64,000 nucleotides of DNA from the human T2T-CHM13v2.0 reference genome, Homo sapiens, in NCBI RefSeq assembly GCF_009914755.1, contig NC_060933.1. The stretch is one strand, 5' to 3'. The notes below the pieces were generated by a model. It did not search any database, had not been told where the DNA came from, and saw only the letters and a program-made list of their open reading frames with translations. The position numbers and the translations under genes are program-made. This document shows, in pieces, positions 1-14,976 of the stretch (position 1 is its first letter; each line of letters opens with the position of its first letter).

Positions 1-324
1 TATATACCTGCATGTCTGTCTTCACTCATTTTAAACAACTATTCACTGATATATATCACACAGAAAATGTCTTTGCTCACATTACTAGCTGTGAGTTGTT
101 TTGTCTCTAGGTACCATAATTATTGCCAGGTGTTTATGCTATAGAAAGTACTGAGTGTAAGAACTGCCATGTTGGTCACTTGCAAAGGTATTCCCCCTGG
201 GAAAACAAACTTTAACAGATTGATTAAATCATCTTCTCTACAGCCATTAGGAAATTTGTTTCATTAAATTTTATTTATTTTCCTACATTACTATAAAATT
301 CAAAAGAATTACAAAGGGAAAGAA

Positions 325-416
325 CAGCTCTGTGTAATGGAAAGTTCACACAATTTGGAATTAAACAAAAAGTTTGAATCTTGTTTCCACATTTAGCAGC
401 TGAAAATTCTTGAGCA
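325..416 (+). mobile_element. MIR SINE fragment (degraded)
   Basis: gtgtaatggaaag...tttggaattaaac...tttgaatcttgtttccacatttagcagctg resembles the MIR 5' part and core. Confidence 0.5.
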
Positions 417-560
417 TCAAGGTCTAGGAAGGCAGCAAAGACTTACACCTTATAAGAAATTCCAAGATGATGTCCCATGAATGGCAACTCTCGCTGATTG
501 AGGCTTTTTATCCTGGATAGCTCAGCAAAAATCAGAAATAGACCTTACTGCATTTCAGAG

Positions 561-562
<2 letters not shown>

Positions 563-599
<37 letters not shown>

Positions 600-616
600 T
601 GCGCACATGTGTGTGT
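563..616. repeat. (TG)n microsatellite ending in mixed TG/CG/CA alternation
   Basis: Directly visible. Confidence 0.95.
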
Positions 617-780
617 ACATAATTACTCTTTCCTACCCAACAGTCTTCTGTAACTATGTTATATCCTTCAAGAGAAAAAGATACTTTGCTCAGTCTTTTG
701 TTAGAACCACATAGCAATGGAAACTGGAGCGGTGATGAAGAACCCAGCCTTTCAATCCTCAAAGCATTCATGCTCAGTGG

Positions 781-890
781 TTTCTCTCTTGAACTCCAAA
801 ATCATATATCCCACTCACCATCCTACCTTAGATATTTAATAGACATCTCTGACTTAAATGTGCAAAACTGAATTCCTGATCTTTCCCTCC
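781..890 (+). mobile_element. L2 LINE fragment
   Basis: gaactccaaaatcatatatcc...agacatctctgacttaaatgtgcaaaactgaattcctgatctttccc resembles the L2 ORF2 3' region. Confidence 0.55.
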
Positions 891-2873
891 TCCAGTAATG
901 ACATTTAACAATTCTGGCAACAAAAGATGTCCAAGATAGGTTAGTAAAGAAAAAGGACTATATATAAGGTATGACTCAAATTTTGTTAAATCAATACATA
1001 CACGCCTACATATAAAACTTTATGTATTGGTATTTGCTTTGAAAATAGGTTAAAGAATATATACTCAAGTATTAATAGTGGCTATATTCAGAATGAGGGA
1101 GAGCAAAAGGCTTTCATGTACTACATAATATGAGGCTGGATTATTAAAAAGATTTATAACGAGTTTCTCATATGTTATAATCAGGGCAAATTAACTGCAA
1201 AACTAGCATAAGTAGGTTTTGATTTTTTTTCTAAAAATTTCACTTAGGTATTATATTTTGTGACTCAGAGCAAAGGTAGGATGACAGTGAAGGGTTCATT
1301 GTAAAGCCAGCCTTTCTAATAATATATTTTGTCATATTTGGAAAGAAAAAAATAGGTATTCAAAATCAATCTTTGATGAGTGGGTAGGTTAAATGTATGT
1401 GGTGTAATCTGGGTTCATTCCAATTTCTGTAAATGATTTGAAATTTATAAAACTAAACTTGGCTTTCTTATGGCACATATTATGGCTCTAAACAGTATTT
1501 ACATGAAATTATCAATACACATATTTCCCTACCTGTTACTTTAGGCTACTGCTTTGTACATTTGTTAAAATTTCAAAAAAAATCATTACATCTATTTGTA
1601 TGCCAGAAGATTACAGCTTTAATATATCATTGTTGACATCAGAAAATAGTATTTATTAAGTGCTCATTTGGATGTGCTATTCTATGGGGCTCAATAGTTG
1701 AGTAATCTTTTACTCAGATGACTTATAACAGTATGTTAAGATGTCACCTTTAGGCATGCACTAAATACTAAAGGGAAATTGTAGAAAGAAAACTCATCTT
1801 AAGTTCTTATCCTCTTTACTTATTTTTCTCACCTTCTCTCTTTTTTTCCCTTTGTACTCTCATTTTTGGTTAATTTTTTTAAAAAGTCTAGCCCATATGT
1901 GAAATGATTTTCCTACTTTTTTCACTTATATTTATCTAACTACTGGAATTAGTCTTTTGTTAACCCCCCAATTTTGTCTTGGATTCCACAATACATCTTT
2001 TCCTTTATTTGATGTCTAAGCAGAAGGTTGGTTATTTAATTCCTTTCCTTGGAGGGAGAAAAAAAATTATTTGTAAGACATTCTATGACTTTCTGCTTGT
2101 ATTTAATGAAGAAAACTCTATTTGTAGAGTAGAACAACCATGACAGTTAACAGACAGAAACAAAGGATTTCTCCCTACCTTTGATGATTTACTACACATA
2201 TGATCTTTGAGTTAGTTTCTTACCTTACTTGAGCATAGATGTCATCATCCCTAGAATGGAAATAATAAATTTATGGAGTGGTTGTGTGAACTACTTCATG
2301 CAGTATGCATGCCATACTACATGCATACTACATACCACATGCTACATACTAATCTGCTGCCATTTCATATGGTAGGCCAAGAATCTAGCAGACTCTATGG
2401 TATTGTACTTATACTTCTCCCAACCTGGAATTCATCTGCTATGGTCTAAATCAGCCTCACTTTAGATCAAATCAGCCTCCTTATGGCCCTAGTTATTTTT
2501 TAACTTTAGGCTCTTTTTAAATTCCTCTATGAGTGAGACTGTAATTTACAAAGCAATTCTAAAAACTGAGTGTGGCTTAATTTCCCTCAAGAACGTCCAA
2601 TGGGCTACCTCTGAAACAGGTTTCACATTTTCCCTCGGACATGAAAAATCTCAGAGAATAATATTCAGCCTTTCTACTACAAGTTTTATTGCTTGAAACT
2701 CCTTCCTATGACAGTGATTCCTGTAGCCTTCTGCTTTTTGATTGAAGTTCTGACTATTGACCACCTTTTGAACCCCTGCCTGAAATATTTTCCTATCTGG
2801 ATATTTTTCTAGTCAGTGGTTTACAATCATTGTCTCCACTAAGAATACTTTTGAGAAAACATTGTTTTACATG

Positions 2874-3212
2874 TGTGGTAATGGAATCAGTTGTGCCCCT
2901 ATCAAAATGTGTATGTTAAAGCTCTAACTCCCAATGTGACTATATTGAGAGACAGGGCCGTTAAGGAGGTCGTAAAGGTTAAACGAGGTCATAAGGGTGG
3001 GACCTCAACCTAATAGTACTTACTTCCTCATAAGAGAAGAGAGATGACAGCCTTCTACAAGCTAGGAAGAAAGAGAAGCCTCACCAGGAAGCAACCTGAT
3101 GGCACTCTAATCTTAGACTTTCAGTTTCCAGAATTGCAAGGAAATAAAAGTTCATTGTTTTAGTCATACAGTCTGTGGTATTTTGTTGTGGCAGCCCTTG
3201 CAGACTAATACA
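2874..3212 (+). mobile_element. MLT1A-type ERVL-MaLR solo LTR
   Basis: tgtgcccctatcaaaatgtgtatgttaaagctctaactcccaatgtgac near the start; aaataaaag polyA region; canonical end gcagactaataca. Confidence 0.85.
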
Positions 3213-3540
3213 TGTATAGTCTAGATTTAACTTATTGTGATATTTTAACAAAACCTAAATATTTTTGAAGATAAACAAAACAAATAGCACTATACTAACA
3301 TTACAATCATTGCAATAATTCGTAATTATAACTGGTATCAATGCAGTGGCAGTTGCTCAGCTTGCCCTGTGGCAGAGAGAAGAACCTTGCTCTCCGGCAG
3401 CTTACTGCCCTGTATTTTAAGATGTTCACTTGTTGATTAGGGCTTGGAAATGTGAAAAAGTTAAATATACTTGTGGAAAGTGAGACATTTTTATTGACAG
3501 CATTCATTTAAACAATTCTCTAAACATGGTTATTAATATA

Positions 3541-4025
3541 CAGTTGACCCTAGAACAATGCAAGGCTTAGGGGTACCAACTCCTCATGCAATTGAAAACC
3601 CACATAAAACTTTTCACTCCCATCACTTAACTACTAATAGCCTTCTGTTGACTGGAAGCCTTACTGATAATACATACAGTTGATTAACACATATTTTGTA
3701 TGTTATATGTATTATATTCTTATAATAAAGTAATCTAAAAAAGAATGTTATTAAGAAAATCATAAGGAAGAGAAAATGCATTTACTATTCATTAAGTAAA
3801 AATGAATGATGATAAAGGTCTTCATCTTTGTCTTCATGTGGAGTAGGCTGAGGAGGAGAAGGAAGAGGAGGGGTTGATCTTGCTGTGTCAGGGGTGGCAG
3901 AGGCAGAGGAGGTGGAGGAGGTGGAAGATGAAGGAGAACAGGCACATTCAGTGAAACTTTTATTGAAAAAATCCACATATGAATGGCCTGTGCAGCGCAA
4001 ACCCAGGTTGTTCTAGTGTCAACTG
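3541..4025 (-). mobile_element. Tigger2a (TcMar-Tigger non-autonomous DNA transposon)
   Basis: Terminal inverted repeats cagttgaccctagaacaa / ttgttctagtgtcaactg, flanked by TA on both sides; internal GGA-rich tract typical of Tigger2a. Confidence 0.9.
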
Positions 4026-4067
4026 TATATATATGTGTGTGTGTGTGTGTGCGTGTACACACACACA
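4026..4067. repeat. Compound (TA)n(TG)n(CA)n microsatellite
   Basis: Directly visible between Tigger2a and the HERV-L LTR. Confidence 0.9.
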
Positions 4068-4073
4068 GTCTTT

Positions 4074-4523
4074 TTTATTAGTCAGGATTCTCTAGAGGGA
4101 CCTTGACTATATATTTAAAAATTATCTATCTATCTATCTATTTGGGAGTTTATTAAGTATTAACTTACACAATCAGAAGCTCCCACAATAGGTTGTCTGC
4201 AAGTTGAGGAGCAAAGAGAACGAGTCCAAGTCCCAAAACTGAAGAACTTGGAGTCTGATGTTCGAAGGCAGGAAGCATCGAGTGCGGGAGAAAGATATAG
4301 ACTGTGGGTGTAGGCCAGTCTCTCTTTTTCTTGTTTTTTTGCCTCCTTTATGTTTGATGGCAGCTGATTAGACTGTGCCCACTAGATTAAGGGTGGATCT
4401 GCCTTCCCCAGCCCACCGATTCAAATGTTAATCTCCTTTGGCAGCACCCTCACAGGTACACCCAGGATCAATACTTTGTATCTTTCAGTCCAATCAAGTT
4501 GATGCTTAGTATTAACCATCACA
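4074..4523 (-). mobile_element. MLT2A1 3' LTR
   Basis: tattagtcaggattctctagaggga ... agtattaaccatcaca; adjoins PPT remnant agtccacccgttgtcaa. Confidence 0.9.
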
Positions 4524-4541
4524 AGTCCACCCGTTGTCAAA

Positions 4542-5871
4542 TTGGCAGAAGCATTATGTGCAGGATAGGCAAACCCATATCTGGAGTAAGTGTCTATTCC
4601 AGTGAGGAAAAACCTCTGCACTTTCCATGATGGAAGAGGTCCAATATAATCAACCTGCCACCAGGTAGCTGACTGATCACCCTGAGGAATGGTGCCATAT
4701 TGAGGGCTCAGTGTTGGTCTCTGCTGCTGGAAAATGGGGCACTCAGCAGTGGCCGTAGCCAGGTCAGCCGTGGTGAGTACATGTTGCTGAACCCATGTAT
4801 AACCTCCATCCCTGCCACCATGGCCACTTTGTTCACGGGCCCATTAACAGATTACAGGGGTGGCTAGGGAAAAAGGCTGAGTGGTGTCCACAGAACAGGT
4901 CATCCTATCCAGTTGATTATTAAAATCCTCCTCTACTGAGGTCACCCGTTGGTGAGCACTCATATGGGATACAAATATCTTCACAGTTTTTGGCCACTCA
5001 GAGAGGTCCATTCACATACCTCTTCCCCAAATTTCTTTGTCACCAATTTTCCAATCATGCTTCTTCCAAGTCCCTGAACATCCAGCCAAACCACTGGCTA
5101 CAGCCCATGCATCAGTATAGAATGGCACACCTGGCCTCCATGCAAAGTGCACAGCCAGATGCACTGCTTGAAGTTCTGCACACTGGGAAGATTTCCCTTC
5201 ACCACTGTCCTTCAGCGATGTCCAAGAAAGGGGCTGTAGTACAGCAGCTGTCCACTTTAGGGTGGTTCCTGCATATCATGAAAAACCGTCTGTGAACCAG
5301 GCCCTAGTCTTCTCTTCCTCTGTCAACTGATCATAGAGAACTCCCCATGAGGTCATCAGTGCAGGCTGGGGGAGAGAAGGCAGGATGGCAGGCGTGGAGG
5401 CCATGGGCATTTGAGCCACTTCCTCATGTAACTTACTTGTGCCTTCAGGACCTGCTTGAGCCCGATCACATATGTAGCACTTCCATTTGATGACGCAATG
5501 CTGCTGTGCATGAGCCACTTTATGGCTTGATGGGTCAGAAAGCACCCGGTTCACGGTAGGCAGTTCAGGCTGCATGGTGACTTGATGTCCCATAGTCACA
5601 TGTTCATTTTCCACCAAAGCCCAGTAACAGGCCAGGAGCTGACTCTCAAAAGGAGAGTAGTTATCTGCAGAAGATGACAGGGTCTTGCTCCAAAATCCTA
5701 GAGGCCTCCGCTGTGATTCAACAATGGGGTACTGCCAAAGGCTCCAAACAGCATCCCTATCTGCCACTGACACCTCAAGCACCATTGGATCTGCTGGGTC
5801 ATACGGCCCAAGTGGCAGAGCAGCTTGCTAAGAGCCTGAACCTGTTGCAGAGCCTTCTCCTGTTCTGGATT
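4542..5871 (-). pseudogene. HERV-L pol remnant: RT connection domain, RNase H and integrase N-terminal half
   Basis: ORF 5276-5785 MVLEVSVADRDAVWSLWQ...RPLGFWSK...AWFTDG; integrase segment QRFFLTGIDTYSRYGFAYPAHNASA (ORF 4421-4621); frameshifts and stops elsewhere. Confidence 0.9.
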
Positions 5872-5891
5872 CCACTTCTGGAACCAAAATC

Positions 5892-5930
5892 TGTATTAGG
5901 GTTCTCTAGAGGGACAGAACTAACAGGATA

Positions 5931-5970
<40 letters not shown>

Positions 5971-6410
5971 CATACACACACACACACATATGGATATCTA
6001 TCTATCTATCTATCTATCTATCTCTCTGGGAATTTATTAAGTATTAGTTACACAATCACAAGGTCCCACAATAGGTTGTCTTCAAGCTGAAGAGCAAGGA
6101 GAGCCAGTCTGAGTCCCAAAACTGAAGAACTTGGAGTCTGATGTTTGAGGGCAGGAAGCATCTAGCACGGGAGAAAGATGTAGGCTGAGAGGCTAGTCCA
6201 GTGTCTCTCTCCCTCCTTTTCATGTTTTTCTGCCTGCTTTAGATTCACTTGCAGCTTATTAGATTGTGACCACCAGATTGGGGGTGGATCTGCCTTCCAC
6301 AGCCCACTGACTCAAATGTTAATCTCTTTTGGCAACACCCTCACAGACACACCCAAGATCAATACTTTGTAACTTTGAATCCAATCAAGTTGATGCTCAG
6401 TATTAACCAT

Positions 6411-6414
<4 letters not shown>
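5892..6414 (-). mobile_element. MLT2A1 5' LTR with expanded internal (TA)n(CA)n(TATC)n
   Basis: tgtattagggttctctagagggacagaac ... cagtattaaccatcata; adjoining PBS reads gattttggttccagaagtgg on the minus strand. Confidence 0.9.

Positions 6415-6443
<29 letters not shown>
6414..6443. repeat. (CA)n microsatellite
   Basis: Directly visible. Confidence 0.95.
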
Positions 6444-6445
<2 letters not shown>

Positions 6446-7167
6446 AGAAAATATTCTAGCTTTAAATGCCACATGCAAACTTTGCAACAAACAGGCAAAA
6501 AAACAATTGGCAGATGTAGGTATTCACACCTTTTATACCAATCAATCAATCAATCAGTCAACCAATCTGCAATCAATGCAATTTCTATTTATGCACTAAC
6601 TACTATGAGCTAACTGCAGCTCAAAGTGTTACGGTGTCTACATTTCAGACTCAAAGTGAATATTCTTTTAAATAACATGTACTTAGCACAATATCTGAAA
6701 TCTACATTGTTTCCTATAACTATGGCACAGGATATAATTTTTTAGGGTACAGCTATATAATCTTAGTTTCTACATCAGTCTGTAATCTCACTGATTACAT
6801 TTAAGTGCATGAAAAAGATACAATTATAGAAAAAGCAATATTTGAGTAAATAGTTTCATATCTTTTATTGTCACTTGAATTCTACAATGAGATAGTTTGT
6901 TAGAAATGTATTCTTAAAATATTTAGACACTGTTAAATAAAAATACTGGATGAGTCTACTTTTGCCAACATTGTTTTGTAAAAAATTCAGATATTGTTCT
7001 ATAAAATTAACATAGTAGTCTATTTTTCTTCTTTGTGTGTATGTTCTTAACATTTCAAATATGTGATACCCAATAAAGTATTTTGAAGAAGCTTAGAGGT
7101 TGATAAAATGGATGATCTTAAAAAAGGACATACCGACTTCGTGAATGTATGTATAGTAAAATTGATA

Positions 7168-9563
<2,396 letters not shown>

Positions 9564-11439
9564 TATATTTAATCTCTCCCCACAAATGTCAAGGGAGCTT
9601 CTGATATAGGTAGGATCATTTCAAAATGATTTTGTGATACTTCACTCTCTTTACAGAGAGGACAATAAAAACTACATTTAAGTTTTAACAGATAATTTTT
9701 AGAAATAAGAGAGAAGTGCTACGACTTCACTGTGGACTAAGCCAGTCTTTGGTGGAGATGGAGCCACAGCCTGTTGGTTTTAGAGACACAGGTCCTGCCT
9801 GGGTGTGGTATCTCCCTGCCTGGGTGTGATGACTCCACTTCTTCCTAGTCAGGGGACCTGGAAAAATTAAATTCTGCAACCTGCTTTTCCAAGTCTAAAT
9901 AGGTGATGCCAATAATATCTACTTCATAGAAATGAAATTTTAAAAAAATTTAAAACCAAGGTGTAAAAACCACTGAGGACAATATTTGATATTCTCATCA
10001 ACATCGCTGTTGTTGCAGTGTTACTGACACTGTTGCTGTTGTTGTTAATGTTACTGAAGAACACTCTATCCTAAGAAGTATTCTCTCAGGTTGAAATATC
10101 TTCTTAGCTAAATCTAGAATTGGGATCAGATGATTCATAGATACACTCTTCCTGTGCCAGACTCTATGAGATATCTGATAATATTAAAAATGGAAGGTTT
10201 GACCCTACATTATTTTTTCTTTCTCAAATGTTAGTGACAATGTCTATTTAGAGCAATTTCAAAGTAATGTCAGGATGTCATGGGCACATTTTGTCAGCAT
10301 GGATCTGTGGCAATACACACAACTTGGTTTTCAAGGTGCTGAGACAACTTGGCGAATATCACTTAGGCCCTTCGTGCCTGGTAGGCAGAATAACTACCTT
10401 AATTTTTCAAGGTGATTAAGCTGATTAAGTAAGAACACTGTGATTCTTCATTCATTCGTCTTCACTTAACCAGACAGAAAGGTCTTTCTTACAGACAAAT
10501 GAGTATAAGTGGTGTGACTTAATCCTCCTATTCTTTTCTTCCCCCTCCACCCCCACCACAGCTGCCACTCCTTCTAAAAGAGCCAGATCTTTAATATCAC
10601 ACTAATTCAAAGACCCTCATTTCAGAGTTGTGAGATTCCTCTTTTCTCTTTGTAATTGAAAACATCTAACAGACTTTCTAGGAAGCAAATGCTAGAGCAC
10701 TAACCTCTGAATGCTATTTAATCACTCCTTTCAATCAATTTACATGTTTATTTATGAGAATTTCTGTACCTGTTAAGTGCTAAATTAAAAGAATTGGAGG
10801 GGAGGAAGACACTATTAGGAAAAACCCAGAAAGTAGTGCTACCTGAAACATTTATGAGCGTCTACTGCAAACACTCTTAAAAACTGGTAAATTGCATTTT
10901 AATTATTTTGTAAATGTACTGAAATTAAAGAGCATTTGGAAAGCAGTCATCTAGAGTTGAGGAGGTACAAATTAATCACATGGTTACAATGAATATTCAG
11001 AAATTCAGGAATCCTTAATGGAGCAATAATAATTTTCAAGCAACATTAGTACTTCTCGGCACAGGCTTAGGGCTGCTTGAAGCATATTTTCACACTGCGG
11101 AAATGTTTACTCTACCCAGAAGCCTATTTTCCCCAATAGAAACACAATGAAAATTCAAACACAATAAATCATCCTCAAGGTACAAAGATTCAAATGCCAC
11201 AAGTGCTTTGATTCACTCTGCTTCAGGGGCGGAATTTTTAAATTGAAGAACTTTTAAATTTGTTCGAACATAGCAGTCTGGAAATGAGAAACGCAAAGCC
11301 AATTGGATTCCAAGATCTTATTTCTGTGTCCCTCTGCATTACCCTTGGCAGTGAGTCACTGGCATAACAGATAGGGTCCCAAAATGTGATGTATGGAGCA
11401 GAGTCATTTTACCTCCACAGCCAGCAGGAGAGGCTCAGA

Positions 11440-11615
11440 GAGATTACAACTTGGAAAGGACTCAGAGGTGCCCACAACTACCACCCCATTTTAAAAATGA
11501 GAAAATGAACCTAAGAGATGAAGTGAATTAATTCTGGTTTTCAAAGAGTTAAAACAAATTAAGAAGAAAAGACAAGTTTCCTGATTCCCAGCCTAGTTTC
11601 CATTCCTTTCCACCA
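11440..11615 (-). mobile_element. MIR/MIR3 fragment
   Basis: ccccattttaaaaatgagaaaatgaacctaagagatgaagtgaatt ... ttcctgattcccagcctagt. Confidence 0.55.
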
Positions 11616-11717
11616 TTCAATGAAATATATGAAGGTCATATCTCATATCTAGTTATAATATAGGTTAGTACTATGTTCTAAACACTCATGTGTCACCTCC
11701 AATTAATCAATCATTTA

Positions 11718-12221
11718 TGAAGTGTACCAGAATATGCAACTCTGAAGTATGTCATTTCAACATAGGGGTTACTTGGAACTAAAGTCATATGAAAAATACC
11801 AGATCCAAGAAGGACACTCTCGACTTACCTTTTTCTTCCTTAAAACAGGAGATAAAAATGTTCATGTGAAAGATGCTCCTTGAACCAGGAGAAAAGAAAC
11901 ATTCTTTGATGATGAATCATAGCTGAGAGAATTCTGCACAGACGGGCCTTATTAACATAACTCATCTTTTAAGCTCCTCCATATAATTTAATTGCTTTTT
12001 CAAAACTTATTATTCTTTGTCCAATTCAAACTGGACAAAGTATATAAGTATATAAGTGATTGACAATAATTGCTTCGTTGGGCCTACATTTCCTTTTGAG
12101 GGCTCCATGTCACATAAAACATTAAATTTGTATGCTTTTCTCCTGTTTATCTTATGTCAGTTTAATTCTTAGGTCCAGCCGGAAACCTAGAGAGAAAAGG
12201 TAAAGTTTTGACTATTCTACT
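11718..12221 (+). mobile_element. MER34-family ERV1 solo LTR
   Basis: accagaatatgcaactctgaagtatg start; gagggctccatgtcacataaaacattaaatttgtatgcttttctc polyA region; subfamily uncertain. Confidence 0.7.
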
Positions 12222-12323
12222 GGCCTGGATTTATCTAACTTGTGTTGTACTTTCTGCTTTTCTTGTACTGTTGCATCCTATAAATACTTGCCTTTTTAAT
12301 GACTATTTCACAGTATTTTTTAA

Positions 12324-12649
<326 letters not shown>

Positions 12650-13044
12650 ACACAAGATCTTGTATTTTTCTCTTTTATTGTCTTCATCTCTTAAATAAGT
12701 TGTTCAGGTAAATAGTAAGAGCTAGTATCATTGATGTATCATTACTTAGTTAAGACTTCCCTTTTTGGAAACGCTGAGCTATATATAGCTTTTAGATGTT
12801 AAAGCATATATAGAACATTTTGTACTCTGCTCAACAAATCATTCCTATCCTCTGTACTGTGGTTGCTACCATCAAACTTTTAAATCATGTTTATGTAAAC
12901 CAGTGATGCTGCAAAAAGTTACAGCCCCATAAATGAAGTTGTAGAGTCATAGAACTGCCAGATAAGAAATGTTACCTGCACTGTACATCCTTCACCACAT
13001 CTACAGATCTTCATCAAGAAAACCTTTCTGCAAGGCAAGACTGC

Positions 13045-13680
13045 AGCTTGTCTTTTACCCTCACTACTGGGGTTTTTGACAGAGAAAGAGTTTATAATTT
13101 CGATGAGGTGAAATTTATCAAATTTCCCATTTATGGATCATGTTTTTGGCATTGAGTCTAAGAAGTTTTTGCCCAGCCCTTGATCCCCAATTTTTTTTCT
13201 GGATGTCTTATGGTTTTACGTTTTGTCCATAAACCATTTTGAGTTTACTTTCATATACAAAGTGAGGGTTAAGGTTAATTTTCCAGTTAAAAAAATACAT
13301 ATAATGATGCTATTAATTTCATATTTTGATTTTGTAAACCATAACATATCAATTTGTTTTCATTATCATTATCAGCACTATGAGTTTGTCTGTAAAATCA
13401 TTTGGGTTTTCAACATAAACATCACATGATTGGTATACAAAGATAGTTTTACCTTAGCCTTAATTCTTATGCCGCTTTTGTGTTCCTTTTACATTAGCTA
13501 CAATCTTCAGTAGAATACTGAGTAAAAACTGATATTGCAGGTGTCTTTGTTTTAGTCTTGACTTTAAGAGTACTTCTAAAATTTTATTATGAATTATGAC
13601 GATGTAGGTTTTTAAGTAGGTGACATCAATAATTTTTTACTAGTTTATTAAGAATTTTTTAGTAATATTGGAATGCTCTT
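13045..13680 (-). mobile_element. Old L1M ORF2 fragments
   Basis: ttgatgaggtgaaatttatc-like, tttatggatcatgtttttggcattgagtctaagaag, ccattttgagtt antisense L1M motifs. Confidence 0.6.
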
Positions 13681-13729
13681 TTACCAGATCTTTGCATAGT
13701 TTCCTTCTTTATGACATTTAATATCCATT

Positions 13730-14010
13730 TATTACCTCTTCAGAGGGGCTTTCTAAAACTACCTTAGCTAAAAAAATCTCATTACTCTATTTGTCCTTAT
13801 TGTCTTTGCTTTTCTTTTTTAAGGCAGTAATCATTACTTGATATTTGAAGATTTTATTGTTGATACGTTACTTGTCTGTATCACCCACTAGAATGCAAGT
13901 TCCCTCAGGGCAGGTATGTTATTTCTTTTATTCATCTTTGTTTCTCCAGAACCTAGAAGACAGCCTAGTACCCAAGAGGCATTGAATAAAGAGTTGTGGA
14001 ATTAATAAAT
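13730..14010 (+). mobile_element. L2 3' end
   Basis: ccactagaatgcaagttccctcagggcagg...ccagaacctagaagacagcctagtac...tgaataaagagttgtggaattaataaat. Confidence 0.75.
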
Positions 14011-14976
14011 TATTGCATTCCACCAATGCTCAATAATTTAATTAGACTAATCAGCTAACACAGCTACTATAGTAAGGAAGTAGTATATACTATATTTTTA
14101 CATTTAGTAACAAAAAGCATGAAGGTACAATAATTTTTCAACTTTTTCATTAAATCTCCTTTACATATGCCTTAGAGCAGGAATATGATAAGCACTAATT
14201 AGAAAATATTAGCATTGAAGATGTGCCACACAATAGTACCTGCATCACTCTTTGATTCCTATATTCCTGTGCTTTTTGGATCCTCAGCTTCTCTGTTCTC
14301 AATGGCTGGATGTGTGTAAAATGTTTAAATCCCTACAATTAAACTCCTTCTCAATAAATGATTTTGTCTTCCCCTTTGAGAGTTTTAGGCCCAGTAGAGC
14401 CTAAAATTGGAGGGAATACTAATCCTCTGAATTATTTGTTATGACAGTAATATCATTCCGTTGTAGGTTCTTTTGACATGTCTTAATAAAATCAAAATTT
14501 TAAACCGTGTGGGATATTCAAAGCAAGATAAAAATAAATGCTGCTATTTTTGATAATTAAGAGGGCAGTAGAAACATCGTCTCTGAAATTCAATAGATGA
14601 TCTAAGGCAGCTAACTTTCCTGCTATACTATTCAAAACTGTAGTGAGGGTATGAGTACTAAAACTCCAGGAGGCGACACCACTGTATGTAGACAGGGTTC
14701 CTACTTACAATGCCAAACCTAGAAATAGATTCATGAGGCCCTATGGAAGTGGGTTTGTAAGCCATTCACCAATATTGTGCATGATGTGTCCAAATCTGAG
14801 GAAAAGATATGGTAGGCCTGTGGCAGCCAATTAGTCATGTTCTTCCCCCCATTTTTCCTTCTGAAAAATGTAGAATGACTAACAAAGTTGGGGGAAAATC
14901 CCCATAATTTACAAACACTGAGGTTGTAGAAAGAAACTAGAATATGCAAATTTTATGCAAGTGGGGTGTATGCAGG

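Larger units (their letters stand above)
4074..6414 (-). mobile_element. Internally deleted HERV-L provirus with two MLT2A1 LTRs (~2.3 kb)
   Basis: Two homologous LTRs in the same orientation; tRNA-Leu-type PBS next to the right LTR; PPT remnant next to the left LTR; pol-derived peptides between them. Confidence 0.92.

Noticed and set aside
2300-2352. Degenerate CATACTACATG-like repeats
   Set aside because: A short slippage-derived low-complexity patch with no further structure.
3760-4062. Pro/Ser-rich ORFs (LPPPPPPLPLPP; SPSSSTSSTSS)
   Set aside because: Translations of the GGA-rich tract of Tigger2a and the adjacent microsatellite.
5276-5785. 169-aa ORF as a domesticated retroviral gene
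   Set aside because: A HERV-L pol fragment that ends at a frameshift just inside RNase H; no sign of preservation beyond its age.
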